Assembly (NCBI GenBank): GCA_039190745.1
Contig: JBCCXZ010000003.1
Location: forward strand, 32,001 to 96,000
Source of the DNA: Planctomycetota bacterium
GTDB taxonomy: Bacteria; Planctomycetota; Planctomycetia; Pirellulales; Lacipirellulaceae
Reading direction: 5' to 3'
DNA: 64,000 bases
How positions within the stretch are numbered: the first letter of the stretch is position 1; the number at the start of each line of letters is the position of its first letter. Of this stretch, positions 1 to 8,752 are shown piece by piece. Below the pieces are notes generated by a model. That model did not search any database. It was not told the DNA's origin and saw only the letters and a list, made by a program, of their open reading frames with translations. A program made the translations under genes and the position numbers.

Positions 1-152
1 TGAACGTCACTCTCGGCCTGCCGATCATCCGGACCTCGGTCGACCACGGCACGGCGTTCGACATCGCCGGCAAGGGGCTGGCCTCGGAGGTCGATATGCA
101 GACCGCCATGCGGCTGGCGTTGCGGATGGCCGGAGCACCGGCCCCGGCTTAA
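1..152 (+). CDS. pdxA: 4-hydroxythreonine-4-phosphate dehydrogenase PdxA, C-terminal part (truncated by window edge)
   Basis: Frame from nt 3 reads [25 protein letters not shown]..., the conserved PdxA C-terminal motif; TAA at 150-152. Confidence 0.9.
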   Translation, partial: NVTLGLPIIRTSVDHGTAFDIAGKGLASEVDMQTAMRLALRMAGAPAPA

Positions 153-308
153 CAGGTCCTAGCGCAACCCGATCAAACCTCATATGCCGCACCCGCGGGC
201 GCCAAACTCCTGTCGCCGCCTGGAGTATGGCATAGTTGTGTAAGGCCGCACCGCGTAGCAAGCGGCCCCTGTTTGCCGGTCCTCACAGCACTCAGCCCCT
301 CTCCTCTC

Positions 309-908
309 ATGACTACACTCCAAAGCGGTGCGTCCGCAGTCTCCCGTGTCCATTGCGAGGCCTGCGATCTTGCGCTGCCCTTACGCCTGGGCGGCATGAG
401 CGAACGATCGGCCCAATGGGAATGCGGCCGCTGCGGCTCGTCGTTCATGTCGGTTTACGACACGGTCTCGCCCAAGCACCGGATGTCGCTCATCCGCTTG
501 GGCGACCTGCACTTCGACGTCTCACGCGCGCCGAAGATCACTCCGCAGATCAAGTCGCGGATCGAGATGCTGGTCGACGATCAGCACAGCGACGTTTTTC
601 ACGAAGCCCGCAGAGAAAAACGCGTGCGTCGGTCGTTGCCGATCACCTGCGTCCGCGTCGACGAGAACCTCTCCCCCACCGGCGGCGGATTCGCGGCCAT
701 GTTGGTGGATATCTCCACGGGCGGTCTGGGCATGGTGAGCCTGGAGCCGATCGATACCGAGTCGGTGATTGTGCAGCTGCCAAAGCCTCAGGACCGGCTG
801 ATGCAGGTGTTGCTGAAGATCACGCACAACCACGAGATCGACCGCGACCTGCACCGCGTCGGCGGCCCGCTGGTAGGCCGGTTCGCCGAGGCCGTTTTGC
901 AGGGCTAG
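309..908 (+). CDS. PilZ-domain protein with N-terminal zinc ribbon
   Basis: CEAC...CGRC pair; RREKR (RxxxR) and DISTGG (DxSxGG) PilZ motifs; ATG at 309 chosen, ORF track starts at 273. Confidence 0.75.
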   Translation: MTTLQSGASAVSRVHCEACDLALPLRLGGMSERSAQWECGRCGSSFMSVYDTVSPKHRMSLIRLGDLHFDVSRAPKITPQIKSRIEMLVDDQHSDVFHEARREKRVRRSLPITCVRVDENLSPTGGGFAAMLVDISTGGLGMVSLEPIDTESVIVQLPKPQDRLMQVLLKITHNHEIDRDLHRVGGPLVGRFAEAVLQG

Positions 909-961
909 CCTAGGTTGTGCGCTACGGCTCGGGGGCGGCGGATTCGTTTGACTGTTGCGGG

Positions 962-2050
962 CTAACGCTGCACGCGTGCGGAACCGCCCGTCGCCAGCGC
1001 TTCGACCTCCGCGAGCGAGGCCATCGACACGTCTCCTGTGAAGGTGGTCAGCAACGCGCCGTGGGCCCAGCCGATCCGCAGGGCTTCTTCGTAGGGCCGG
1101 CCGCTGATCAGGCTGTAGATCAGGCCCGAGGCGAAGCCGTCTCCGCCGCCGATGCGGTCGACGACGTCGAGCTCGAGCGTGGGGCTGGCGAGCTGCTGGC
1201 CGTCGATCCAGAGGACGGCGCCCCAGTTGTGACGGTTTGTGCTCTTGACCTCGCGGAGTGTCGTGGCGACGGCTTTCACCTGCGGGAGTTCGGCTCGCAC
1301 GGAATCGATCATGGCGAAGAAGGTCTGCGGGTCGAGCTTCGAAGCGATTTTCTCCTCGACCTCGGGGCCGCGGATCCCGAGGCCTTTCTGGAGGTCCTCC
1401 TCGTTGCCGATCAGGACGTCGACGTGCTCGACGATGCGGCGGAACACTTGCTGCGCCTCTTCGATCCCGCCGCGTGCGGCCCAGAGCTTCGCGCGGTAGT
1501 TGAGGTCGAACGAGGTGACGGCTCCCGAAGCCTTGGCGGCCTGCATGGCCTCGATGATCAGCTCGGCGGTCGTGTCGGAGAGGGCTGCAAAGATGCCTCC
1601 GGAATGGAACCAGCGGACGCCTCCGCCGAAAATCTGTTGCCAATCGAAATCTCCGGGTTGGAGCAGGGCGCCGGCTTCGTTGGAGCGGTTGTAGAACACC
1701 ACAGGCGGGCGGACGCCCTGGCCCCGGTCGCTGTAGACCGTGGCGATGTTCGGGCCGCGGACGCCGTCGTAATCGAAGTGCTTGTAGAAGGGCCGGACGC
1801 CCATTTCACGCACCCGAGCCTGGACGAGCTCGCCGATCGGGCTGTCGACCATCGCGGTGGCAACCGCTGTATCCAGGCCGAAGCAGCTCGCGAGGTTTGC
1901 GGCGGTGTTGTACTCGCCCCCCGAGACGTGCACTTCGAAGGAACGGGCCCGGCGGAAGGGGATGATGCCGGGGTCGAGTCGGTGGACGAGCGCCCCGAGC
2001 GAGAGGAAGTCGAGTTCGCAGTCGTCTTTGCGGACGTTCAGTGACGGCAT
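962..2050 (-). CDS. kdgK: PfkB-family sugar kinase, 2-dehydro-3-deoxygluconokinase-like
   Basis: GGEYN, FDLNYR, GNEED and DRIGGGDGFASG PfkB signatures. Confidence 0.8.
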   Translation of the reverse strand: MPSLNVRKDDCELDFLSLGALVHRLDPGIIPFRRARSFEVHVSGGEYNTAANLASCFGLDTAVATAMVDSPIGELVQARVREMGVRPFYKHFDYDGVRGPNIATVYSDRGQGVRPPVVFYNRSNEAGALLQPGDFDWQQIFGGGVRWFHSGGIFAALSDTTAELIIEAMQAAKASGAVTSFDLNYRAKLWAARGGIEEAQQVFRRIVEHVDVLIGNEEDLQKGLGIRGPEVEEKIASKLDPQTFFAMIDSVRAELPQVKAVATTLREVKSTNRHNWGAVLWIDGQQLASPTLELDVVDRIGGGDGFASGLIYSLISGRPYEEALRIGWAHGALLTTFTGDVSMASLAEVEALATGGSARVQR

Positions 2051-2285
2051 CTTGGTTCGGCGGGGTAAGGGATGAGAGGGTCTTTGGTACAGGGCGCGGC
2101 GCCCTGATGGTGGACAGCAGTGAGACGAGTTAGAGCGCCAAAGAGACTGTTAGCAGTCTCCCGCGGCCTCAGCGGGTAGGGCTCCGCATGTGAGTATTTT
2201 CTCTGAATGCTCTGCCGACGCCAGTGCCAACGCGGAAGTCGGACTCGGAGTGCGAAAAAAGTGGAAGTGGCGGCTTGGTCGGTGC

Positions 2286-3440
2286 CTACAAAGCCGCCCG
2301 GTAGATCGAAAGCAGGGCTTCGGCGTCGAGCGGGACTGGGTTGAATGAGACCGTCCATTGCGGCAGGGCCTCTTTTGCGAGACGCGGGAGAGAGTCTGCA
2401 GGGATTTGCAGGTCGGAGAGGGTGGTCTTCAGGCCGGCGCGGCGGCACAGTTCTTCGAGCAGGGTCGCGGCAGCGGCTACCGAGTCGCTTGGCGACCCGT
2501 CTCCGCCGGTAAGAGGCCCGGCCAGGAGTTTGTAGGCTTCTGCACAGTCTTGGCAGTTGGCGCCGTTGTAGCGGACGACGTGCGGGAGCATCACGCCGAC
2601 GGCCTGCCCGTGGGGCACTCCGAAGTTTGCCGTGAGCGGGTTTGCCAGCGCGTGGGCGGCCCCGAGCATCGAGTTCTCGATGGCCAAGCCGGCGAAGCAG
2701 GCTCCGAGTTGCATGTCGGCGCGGGCTTCGAGGTTGTCGGGCTCCTCGAAGACACGGATGCCGCTGACCAGCGCACGCCAGGCCTCGCGGGTGAAGGCCT
2801 GTGAGATGGGGTTGCGCTTGGCGGTGACGAGCGTCTCGACCGCGTGCGCAACCGCGTCGATGCCGGTGAGCGCCGTGACCATCGGCGGCTGGGTGAGCGT
2901 GAGCTCGGGATCGAGCACCGCGGTGCTGAAGGCGGCCCGCTTGTCGCCGCAGGCCATTTTCACGTGGGTTTCGGCGTCGGAGATCAGGGCGAAGGACTGG
3001 GCTTCGCTGCCGGTGCCGGCGGTGGTGGGTACGGCGATCATCGGGAGGAGGTCGGCGGTTGCTTTACCGACTCCCCGGTAGTCTTGCATCCGCCCGCCGC
3101 AGGAGTGGATGAAGTTGATGCCCTTGGTGCAGTCCATGCTGCTGCCGCCGCCAAGGCCGACAAGGATTTGCGGGTCGAACTCTTGGGCCACCGCGACGCC
3201 GGCGTCGACGTTGTCGGTGGTGGGGTTCTCCTGGATGCCATCGAACAGGAGGGTTGTGTGGCCGGCGGCTTGGAGCGATTCGATGCCGCGTTGGGTGTGC
3301 CCGGCGGCGATGACGCCGGGATCGCTGGCGACCAGCACGCGGGTGTTGGGTGCGATCAGAGCGGCCAGCGCGCCGAGTTCGGAGACGCGGCCGGGCCCGA
3401 ATGCGATGCGGGTGGGGCAGCTGAAGTCGAACGGCGTCAT
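2286..3440 (-). CDS. Iron-containing alcohol dehydrogenase
   Basis: MTPFDFSCPTRIAFG start, GGGSSMD, PTTAGTGSE, DAVAHAVE, GAAHALA...HG metal ligands; start overlaps the upstream stop (ATGA). Confidence 0.92.
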   Translation of the reverse strand: MTPFDFSCPTRIAFGPGRVSELGALAALIAPNTRVLVASDPGVIAAGHTQRGIESLQAAGHTTLLFDGIQENPTTDNVDAGVAVAQEFDPQILVGLGGGSSMDCTKGINFIHSCGGRMQDYRGVGKATADLLPMIAVPTTAGTGSEAQSFALISDAETHVKMACGDKRAAFSTAVLDPELTLTQPPMVTALTGIDAVAHAVETLVTAKRNPISQAFTREAWRALVSGIRVFEEPDNLEARADMQLGACFAGLAIENSMLGAAHALANPLTANFGVPHGQAVGVMLPHVVRYNGANCQDCAEAYKLLAGPLTGGDGSPSDSVAAAATLLEELCRRAGLKTTLSDLQIPADSLPRLAKEALPQWTVSFNPVPLDAEALLSIYRAAL

Positions 3441-4864
3441 CCGGCTGCGGCGACCTGCAGCGCTCGGCTGCGGTAGAGGAACTCGATGAGGTTGCCTTCG
3501 TGGGGCTGGAGCCAATCGAGTTGAGGGGTGGGGATCGGGCCTAGGTTGAGCCGATCTATGTCGGTGCTCGCGATGAGGGCGTCTTGGAAATCGACGTCGT
3601 CGGTCAGAGCAGTCCCTACCAGAGTGGGGCCGATGTGGCGGAGCATCTGGTCCTGGGGGCAGCGGACCACACTGGCCATCGGGAACATATACTCTTTGTT
3701 TGCGGCGGGGATTTCGGGCGAGTCGACGTGGAGGATTGTAGGGCGGAGGTAGGCGCAGGTTTCCTGCTCGACAAGCCTGGGCCCGTAAGGCTCGGTGGAA
3801 TGGGCCACACCCTCGGCGGCGATGTCTGCTTCGAGCGCTTTCCAAACCGCGGCGGCCACGCCTTCGGTGGTGAACGCGGCGAGGCCCGCGTCGGGGTCGT
3901 CGGGCGGGAGTGCTTCGATGGGGCCGAGTTTCTCGGCAATCGCCGCGGCAATCTCTTCTGTGTGTCGCGAGGCGTAGACGCTGCTGCAGTTGATACAGCT
4001 CCGGCCCCCGTTGCGGTAGATGCTATCGGCGATCAGGTCGACGTACTCCGGCCAGTTGTCTACGCAGTCGTCGCCGAGGAGGATCTTGCTGTAGCCTGGC
4101 CCGTGGACCTGCACGCGGGGGTTGCCCTCGTACTGTTGCACGGTGCTGGGGCCGCCGAAGATCATCGCCCGGCGGTAGGCTGCGAGCAACGCCCCGCCGA
4201 CTTCCGCTCCGGGCCCGGGGTAGAGGGAGATGGCTTCAGCGGGGATGCCGGCCTCGATCATTGCGGCGGCCACTCGGTACGGCGTCCACGGCTCTTGAGA
4301 ACCCGGCTTGAGGGCGAGCCCCATCTGCAGCGGGATCACCGGCAGCCAGAGCGTGTGAACGCCTGGCGAGTTGGAAGGCAGGACAGCGCCGAGTGCGTCG
4401 GTTTGTGCTTGGTAGCTGACGGTGACTCCGCGGCCTTCTTCGCCGTAGCCGCGGGCGAGGGTGTCTGGTGAGATGCCGCGGGTGAGGCAGTCGAGGATCT
4501 TCTCGATGTTCTTCAGAACGAATGCGTTCTTGGTGACGTTCGCCTTGCACATCGAGATCGGCATGCCGGTGGTGGCTGACTGCTGGGCGACGAAGTCTTC
4601 GGGCGACTGCGGGCTGTCGCCGACCGTGACCGTCCCAGACTCGAAGAGTTCGCCGGCATTCTTACAGCGTTCCATGAGCTCGGTGGGCGAGATCTGTCGG
4701 AGAGCCGCTCGGGCGTGGGCGGCTTTCTTAGCGTCGCGCTTAACGATTCCGCCGCCGACAGTATGGACCTTGGCGACCGGTTCGCCGGTGAGGAAGTGCG
4801 AGACGGTTTCGGCTTCGAGGGACTCGTAGGGCTGGCCCCAGCGGTAGGCTGGTAGTTCGATCAT
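3437..4864 (-). CDS. Aldehyde dehydrogenase-fold protein, EhpG/GriD-like (acyl-adenylate reductase type)
   Basis: VLPSNSP, LKPGSQEP, catalytic Cys region GGRSCINCS, EYMFP; HGPGYSK replaces the usual ELGGK. Confidence 0.8.
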   Translation of the reverse strand: MIELPAYRWGQPYESLEAETVSHFLTGEPVAKVHTVGGGIVKRDAKKAAHARAALRQISPTELMERCKNAGELFESGTVTVGDSPQSPEDFVAQQSATTGMPISMCKANVTKNAFVLKNIEKILDCLTRGISPDTLARGYGEEGRGVTVSYQAQTDALGAVLPSNSPGVHTLWLPVIPLQMGLALKPGSQEPWTPYRVAAAMIEAGIPAEAISLYPGPGAEVGGALLAAYRRAMIFGGPSTVQQYEGNPRVQVHGPGYSKILLGDDCVDNWPEYVDLIADSIYRNGGRSCINCSSVYASRHTEEIAAAIAEKLGPIEALPPDDPDAGLAAFTTEGVAAAVWKALEADIAAEGVAHSTEPYGPRLVEQETCAYLRPTILHVDSPEIPAANKEYMFPMASVVRCPQDQMLRHIGPTLVGTALTDDVDFQDALIASTDIDRLNLGPIPTPQLDWLQPHEGNLIEFLYRSRALQVAAAG

Positions 4865-4868
4865 AAAG

Positions 4869-5304
4869 GGAACCGCCGATGAACGCAGATGAACGGAGAT
4901 GGAGTGGGAGTAAACTAGAAATTGTTGACGATGCGTTGCACTTCAACCTTGGAGTTGCCGAAGTTGATTAATAGAGCAACCGAAAGGTTGGTCGCCTTGA
5001 GGTAGTTCATGCATTGCGCTTGGTGAATACTATCTGGCTGCTTCACGGCCTTGAGTTCAAGAATGATGCACTCTTCAACGAGTAGGTCAGCAAAATACTC
5101 GCCGACGGCCCTGCCATCGTAAAGCACGCTGATCGATTTCTGTTGCTCTACGCGAAAGCCTCGTTTGCCAAGTTCATGACAAAGCGCATTTTCATAGACC
5201 TTCTCTAGAAAACCCGTACCCAGTGCATTTGCCACGTCATAGGCCGTTCCAATAATCGCCTCGGTCAGCCGATCGCTTTGCGATCAGCGTTCATCGGCGG
5301 TTCC
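4869..5304. mobile_element. Putative inverted-repeat-bounded GxxExxY cassette
   Basis: Perfect 18-bp inverted repeat GGAACCGCCGATGAACGC (4869-4886) / GCGTTCATCGGCGGTTCC (5287-5304) enclosing an AT-richer gene; degenerate 10-nt tandem units GAACGCAGAT GAACGGAGAT at 4881-4900. Confidence 0.55.
4915..5294 (-). pseudogene. GxxExxY protein (PD-(D/E)XK-like), apparently frameshifted at the 5' end; open frame 4915-5283
   Basis: LGTGFLEKVYENAL (GxxExxY), YFADLLVE, LELKAV, QCMNYLKAT, LLINFG; the ATGs of MEPPMNADR are out of frame with DRLTEAIIG. Confidence 0.7.
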
Positions 5305-5307
5305 ATC

Positions 5308-6426
5308 TCAATAAACGCCAACGGTCGTTGCCTCAGCTAGTCGCCTGAAGGGCCGGACGCCGCTGATGCCGTCCCAGGGGTATTGCTCGCAGGGGGGCTC
5401 GCGTTCGCCCTCGTCGCGCTCGAGGAAGCCAGGGACGAAGAACTCTTGGGTGAGCGTCGTGAGCTTCGCGCGACCGGTCTCGCCGTAGCCTACCACCGCG
5501 TTCGTGTCGTCGAAGTCGACCACTTCCACAACCGCGCGGGGTTGTGGGGCATAGTAGCTGATCTTGTAGCCGTTCTCGGCGTTCACCGGGGCGCTGCAGG
5601 CGAGGCCCATGAGGGTGTTGCCGTAGGTGGGCGTCATGTAGATACCGCTCTCTTCGGGCGGGCCGCCGAAGAGTTCCTCGACGCAGAACTTGGTCCACTG
5701 GGGGGTGAATTCGGTGCCGCCGGAGAAGATGCCGGTCACTCCCTGCTCGGCGAGGCTCGTGCCGCGTTCTTCAAGTTCCAGGCAGAGCGATTCGATCAGC
5801 TTGGGCGTGCCGAACATGCACTTCACATCGTGCCCGGCGCCGAGGATGGTGATGGCTTGGTCGATGCAGTGCTTCTTGTAGGCTTCTAGGTGTTCCATCC
5901 AGCCCTTCTTGATGAGCTTGATGACCCACCGCGGGTCGAGGTCGATGCAGAACGAGATGCCGCCCCGGTGCTGGGCGAGGTGTTCGACCGCGAGCCGCAG
6001 GCGCCGGGGGCCGGAGGGGCCGAGCATCAGCCAGTTGGCGCCCTGGGGGAAGTACTGGTCGGGGAGCGTTTCGCTAAAGAGCGAGTAGTCGGTGCGGAAG
6101 TCTTCGATGGCGATGCGGCTCTTGGGGACGCCGGTCGTGCCACCGGTCTCGAAGACGTAGACCGGCTTATCTGCCAACCCCTGCGGAACCCAGCGGCGGA
6201 CCGGGCCGCCGCGGAGCCATTCGTCCTCGAACGGGTCGAACTTCTTGAGGTCGTCGTAACAGCGGATCTCGGTCAGCGGGTCGAATTTCAGCTCGCGCTT
6301 CTTTTCGAGCCAGAAGGGGCAGCCGGTCGAGTTGTGGAAGTGCCACGCGACCGTTTCCACCGCATGGGCGTCGAGCACTTCAAGGGCTTTTTCGGACTGG
6401 GTTTCGGCTGCGGGGGCCTCGCTCAC
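5308..6426 (-). CDS. Atypical ANL-superfamily adenylating enzyme, EhpF/GriC-like
   Basis: WHF...GCPFWL...FDP, P-loop ETGGTTGVPK, IDLDPRWV, GGTE, YGNT, ERD and C-terminal GVY match my recollection of the EhpF pattern; only 372 aa. Confidence 0.75.
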   Translation of the reverse strand: MSEAPAAETQSEKALEVLDAHAVETVAWHFHNSTGCPFWLEKKRELKFDPLTEIRCYDDLKKFDPFEDEWLRGGPVRRWVPQGLADKPVYVFETGGTTGVPKSRIAIEDFRTDYSLFSETLPDQYFPQGANWLMLGPSGPRRLRLAVEHLAQHRGGISFCIDLDPRWVIKLIKKGWMEHLEAYKKHCIDQAITILGAGHDVKCMFGTPKLIESLCLELEERGTSLAEQGVTGIFSGGTEFTPQWTKFCVEELFGGPPEESGIYMTPTYGNTLMGLACSAPVNAENGYKISYYAPQPRAVVEVVDFDDTNAVVGYGETGRAKLTTLTQEFFVPGFLERDEGEREPPCEQYPWDGISGVRPFRRLAEATTVGVY

Positions 6427-6635
6427 GGGTCGGTTCCTCTGGCGGGAGCGGCGTTAGAATCTCACGTTTCACCTAGCCCGACCATACCGGCAGCCGCGCA
6501 GGGTGACAACTGTGTGAGCAGACAACCGCGGCGAGGAGCACGGCGTAACGAGTCCGCTCCGACTCGGTAAGCCCGAGAGAGCCCGTATGGTGAAGCAGCA
6601 TAAGCTGCCGAAGAAGCGGGCCGCGAAGATCGAGG

Positions 6636-7103
6636 CTATTCGTTCTCGTTGTCGGCCTGAGGTGAGACACTGAGCTGCGCGAGCACTTGGATGACGCCGT
6701 TGAGGTGGGCGAGCCTCGGGCCGAAGCGGTCGACAAACTCGTTCAGCATGAATTCGCCGTCGATCATCTCTTCGGCGGTGTCGTTGATCTCTTCAGTGAT
6801 GCGCTCGAGGTACTCGAGTTGCACTCGGCTAAGAGACTCAGCGGCTTCGCGGCAGGAGTTCGCCAGGCGGGGATTGGCGCTCCGCCACTGCTTGAGTTCT
6901 TGGCTTCGTTGCTTTTGCTGAGCCGCCATCACGGAGACCAGCTCTTCGAGGATCTCGTTGGTGCGGTCCTGAGCGGCGAGCACCTCTCGCAGGAGCTCGG
7001 ATTGCTCTGCCTGTTGTCCGACGGAAGCCTCGGTCGGTTCCGCACCTGCGGAGACATCGACTTGCGAGAAGATCGCGGCGGCGGGAGGCTGGCTTTGCGA
7101 CAT
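6636..7103 (-). CDS. Conserved hypothetical helical/coiled-coil protein
   Basis: Clean high-GC codon usage; ...EFVDRFGPRLAHLNG... C-terminus. Confidence 0.7.
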   Translation of the reverse strand: MSQSQPPAAAIFSQVDVSAGAEPTEASVGQQAEQSELLREVLAAQDRTNEILEELVSVMAAQQKQRSQELKQWRSANPRLANSCREAAESLSRVQLEYLERITEEINDTAEEMIDGEFMLNEFVDRFGPRLAHLNGVIQVLAQLSVSPQADNENE

Positions 7104-7418
7104 ACAACAACGGCCTTTCAAGGGCGACCGGCTAGACTCGGCGGCGGGCGTAGTGGGGCCCGGCGTGTGCAGCAGACGGTACGCTCCAGCAACGGTGAAT
7201 AGAAATGCAGGCGAAGTGGCGTAGGTGCAGGATACCCGACGGGGGCGGTTCCGAGGAAGGAGCTTCGGCGGGTGAGCCGGTGATAGGCAAGGGTCGAAAA
7301 CTAGAGTCTTCCGCCAAACCTGCGTATCCGACTCAGACCTCTAGTGTAGTCGGGGCCGCAGATTTTTCCACTGTTGCGCAAGCTTGCGGACAACGCGGCC
7401 AGGAATAGGCAACTCTGG

Positions 7419-8363
7419 CTAGAGGAAGCGTCGGAGCAGGGTGTCGAGGGTTTGGTCGATCTGGTCCTTGGTTTCCGCCAAAACCGCGGAATTTCTGTCT
7501 TGGTAGACAGTGTGGTCTCCGGCTGTGTCGTGATCGTGAGCGGCGCCCGGCTCGCTGACGGCTTGGAACCCGGCCCATTCGAGTCGGACAGGCCAATTCT
7601 GCAGCTCAGCCGTTTGGTTTACCCGCTGCATAACCCGCAAGGACCAGAAAGCCCCGAAGGCGTCTCGGAATGCGATCCAGCGAGCAGTTTGGCGGTTTGC
7701 GGCACTCTCCGGCTGATGGCCGTGCCTCGCCTTCGCATTGCTAGCAGTGAGGCCGCGCCTCAGGGCCGCTACAGCCAGCAGCAGGAGGAAAGTGCCGACG
7801 AGTGTTCGTGACCCGCTGTCGCTGGCGGAGCCTTTGGCGAGCCACTCATAGATAAGAACTGCTTGACCGACGGTGGCTAGAAGCACTGCGACGCGGAACT
7901 GCGTGGGTATGTAATTGAGGGGCGCCAAGCAGAGCAGCCCCCCGAGAAAGAGTCGCCAGGCGGTGAACAGCTCGACCCGTGCAGCCGAAGCGGTCACGAG
8001 GCCCTGCAGTGCCGGCCAGACGAGCACGAGCCAAAGTGAAGCGACGATCCATTGCCAACCTCGGTCTTGAGGCCTCTTGGCTCCGAGCAGAGCCATAATC
8101 GGAGTAAAGAGACCGGCCGTTGCTGCGTAGCGTAGCAGCGATATCCCGAAGCTGCTTTCGTCTTCAACATTGGCCGCAATCCAGACCTCGCTCGACGCGA
8201 GGAACGTGAAAGCCGCGACGGCCCACAGCAACGGCGCCAGTAGGGTCGTTCCCCGAGCGCGGGGCGCCAGGAGGCCGAGGAGACATGCGGCGATTCCGGC
8301 CGCGATTGCCGCGCAGGCGTGGGCGACGAGTGGCCAGGTAGTTCCGTCTGCAGGGATCGTCAT
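7419..8363 (-). CDS. Hypothetical multi-pass membrane protein
   Basis: About 7 hydrophobic segments; LGAKRPQDRGWQ and FRDAFGAFW motifs; ATG at 8363 chosen. Confidence 0.7.
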   Translation of the reverse strand: MTIPADGTTWPLVAHACAAIAAGIAACLLGLLAPRARGTTLLAPLLWAVAAFTFLASSEVWIAANVEDESSFGISLLRYAATAGLFTPIMALLGAKRPQDRGWQWIVASLWLVLVWPALQGLVTASAARVELFTAWRLFLGGLLCLAPLNYIPTQFRVAVLLATVGQAVLIYEWLAKGSASDSGSRTLVGTFLLLLAVAALRRGLTASNAKARHGHQPESAANRQTARWIAFRDAFGAFWSLRVMQRVNQTAELQNWPVRLEWAGFQAVSEPGAAHDHDTAGDHTVYQDRNSAVLAETKDQIDQTLDTLLRRFL

Positions 8364-8459
8364 AACCGGGGTATCGGTCGTGCCGGTTGGCGGAGGGTTC
8401 CGAGTCGGCAAAGCGTGCCGGGTTGGGTTTGCTCAACCCTTGAACGTAACCCATGTTTC

Positions 8460-8687
8460 ATCAGCGAGACATGAGGGGCGGCGAGCGACGCCATGCGGAT
8501 CGGAAATGCCCCGACAAGGTCCTCCCCACGGGCTGCGTCGGCGGGCCGGTTTACCGGGCATCCAGGCCGTCCTACACCGGTGTTCGTCGTGGCTGCGCCT
8601 ACTGGGGAGTGCGGCGCGTCACGGCGACACCGGCCGAACAGGCCCTTGTCTGGCCCCGACTTAGGGGGCCGGCAAGGGCTTTTTTTG
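8460..8687 (+). ncRNA. Candidate structured sRNA/leader ending in an intrinsic terminator; 5' end uncertain
   Basis: Long stem 8577-8593/8618-8633 with G-U pairs valid only on + strand; terminator 8642-8687; both neighbouring genes are on - strand. Confidence 0.45.
8642..8687 (+). terminator. Rho-independent terminator
   Basis: GCCCTTGTCTGGCCCC...GGGGCCGGCAAGGGC followed by a T tract. Confidence 0.75.
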
Positions 8688-8720
8688 TCGGCGCTTGCGG
8701 GAAAACCCCGAGAACGCTCT

Positions 8721-8748
8721 TCAGCGTTGCACTCCCGAAGGCCGATAA
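8721..8748 (+). promoter_or_regulatory. Sigma28/FliA-like promoter
   Basis: Exact GCCGATAA -10 box at 8741-8748; weak -35 (TCAG at 8721, 16-nt spacer). Confidence 0.4.
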
Positions 8749-8752
8749 GCTT

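Noticed and set aside
522..2044. Long overlapping ORFs (522-1643 -, 917-2044 +) and similar shadows elsewhere (20468-21913, 34308-35531, 46012-47070, 47675-48667)
   Set aside because: Antisense or alternate-frame shadows of well-recognised genes; Arg/Pro-rich with no motifs, as expected in high-GC DNA
4873..4900. CRISPR-like repeat
   Set aside because: Only two to three degenerate 10-nt units, no spacers, no cas genes
2286..6426. Lux bioluminescence operon (luxCE-like) or phenazine cluster
   Set aside because: No luxAB/luxD and no phz core genes in the window; motifs fit EhpF/GriC-type proteins better
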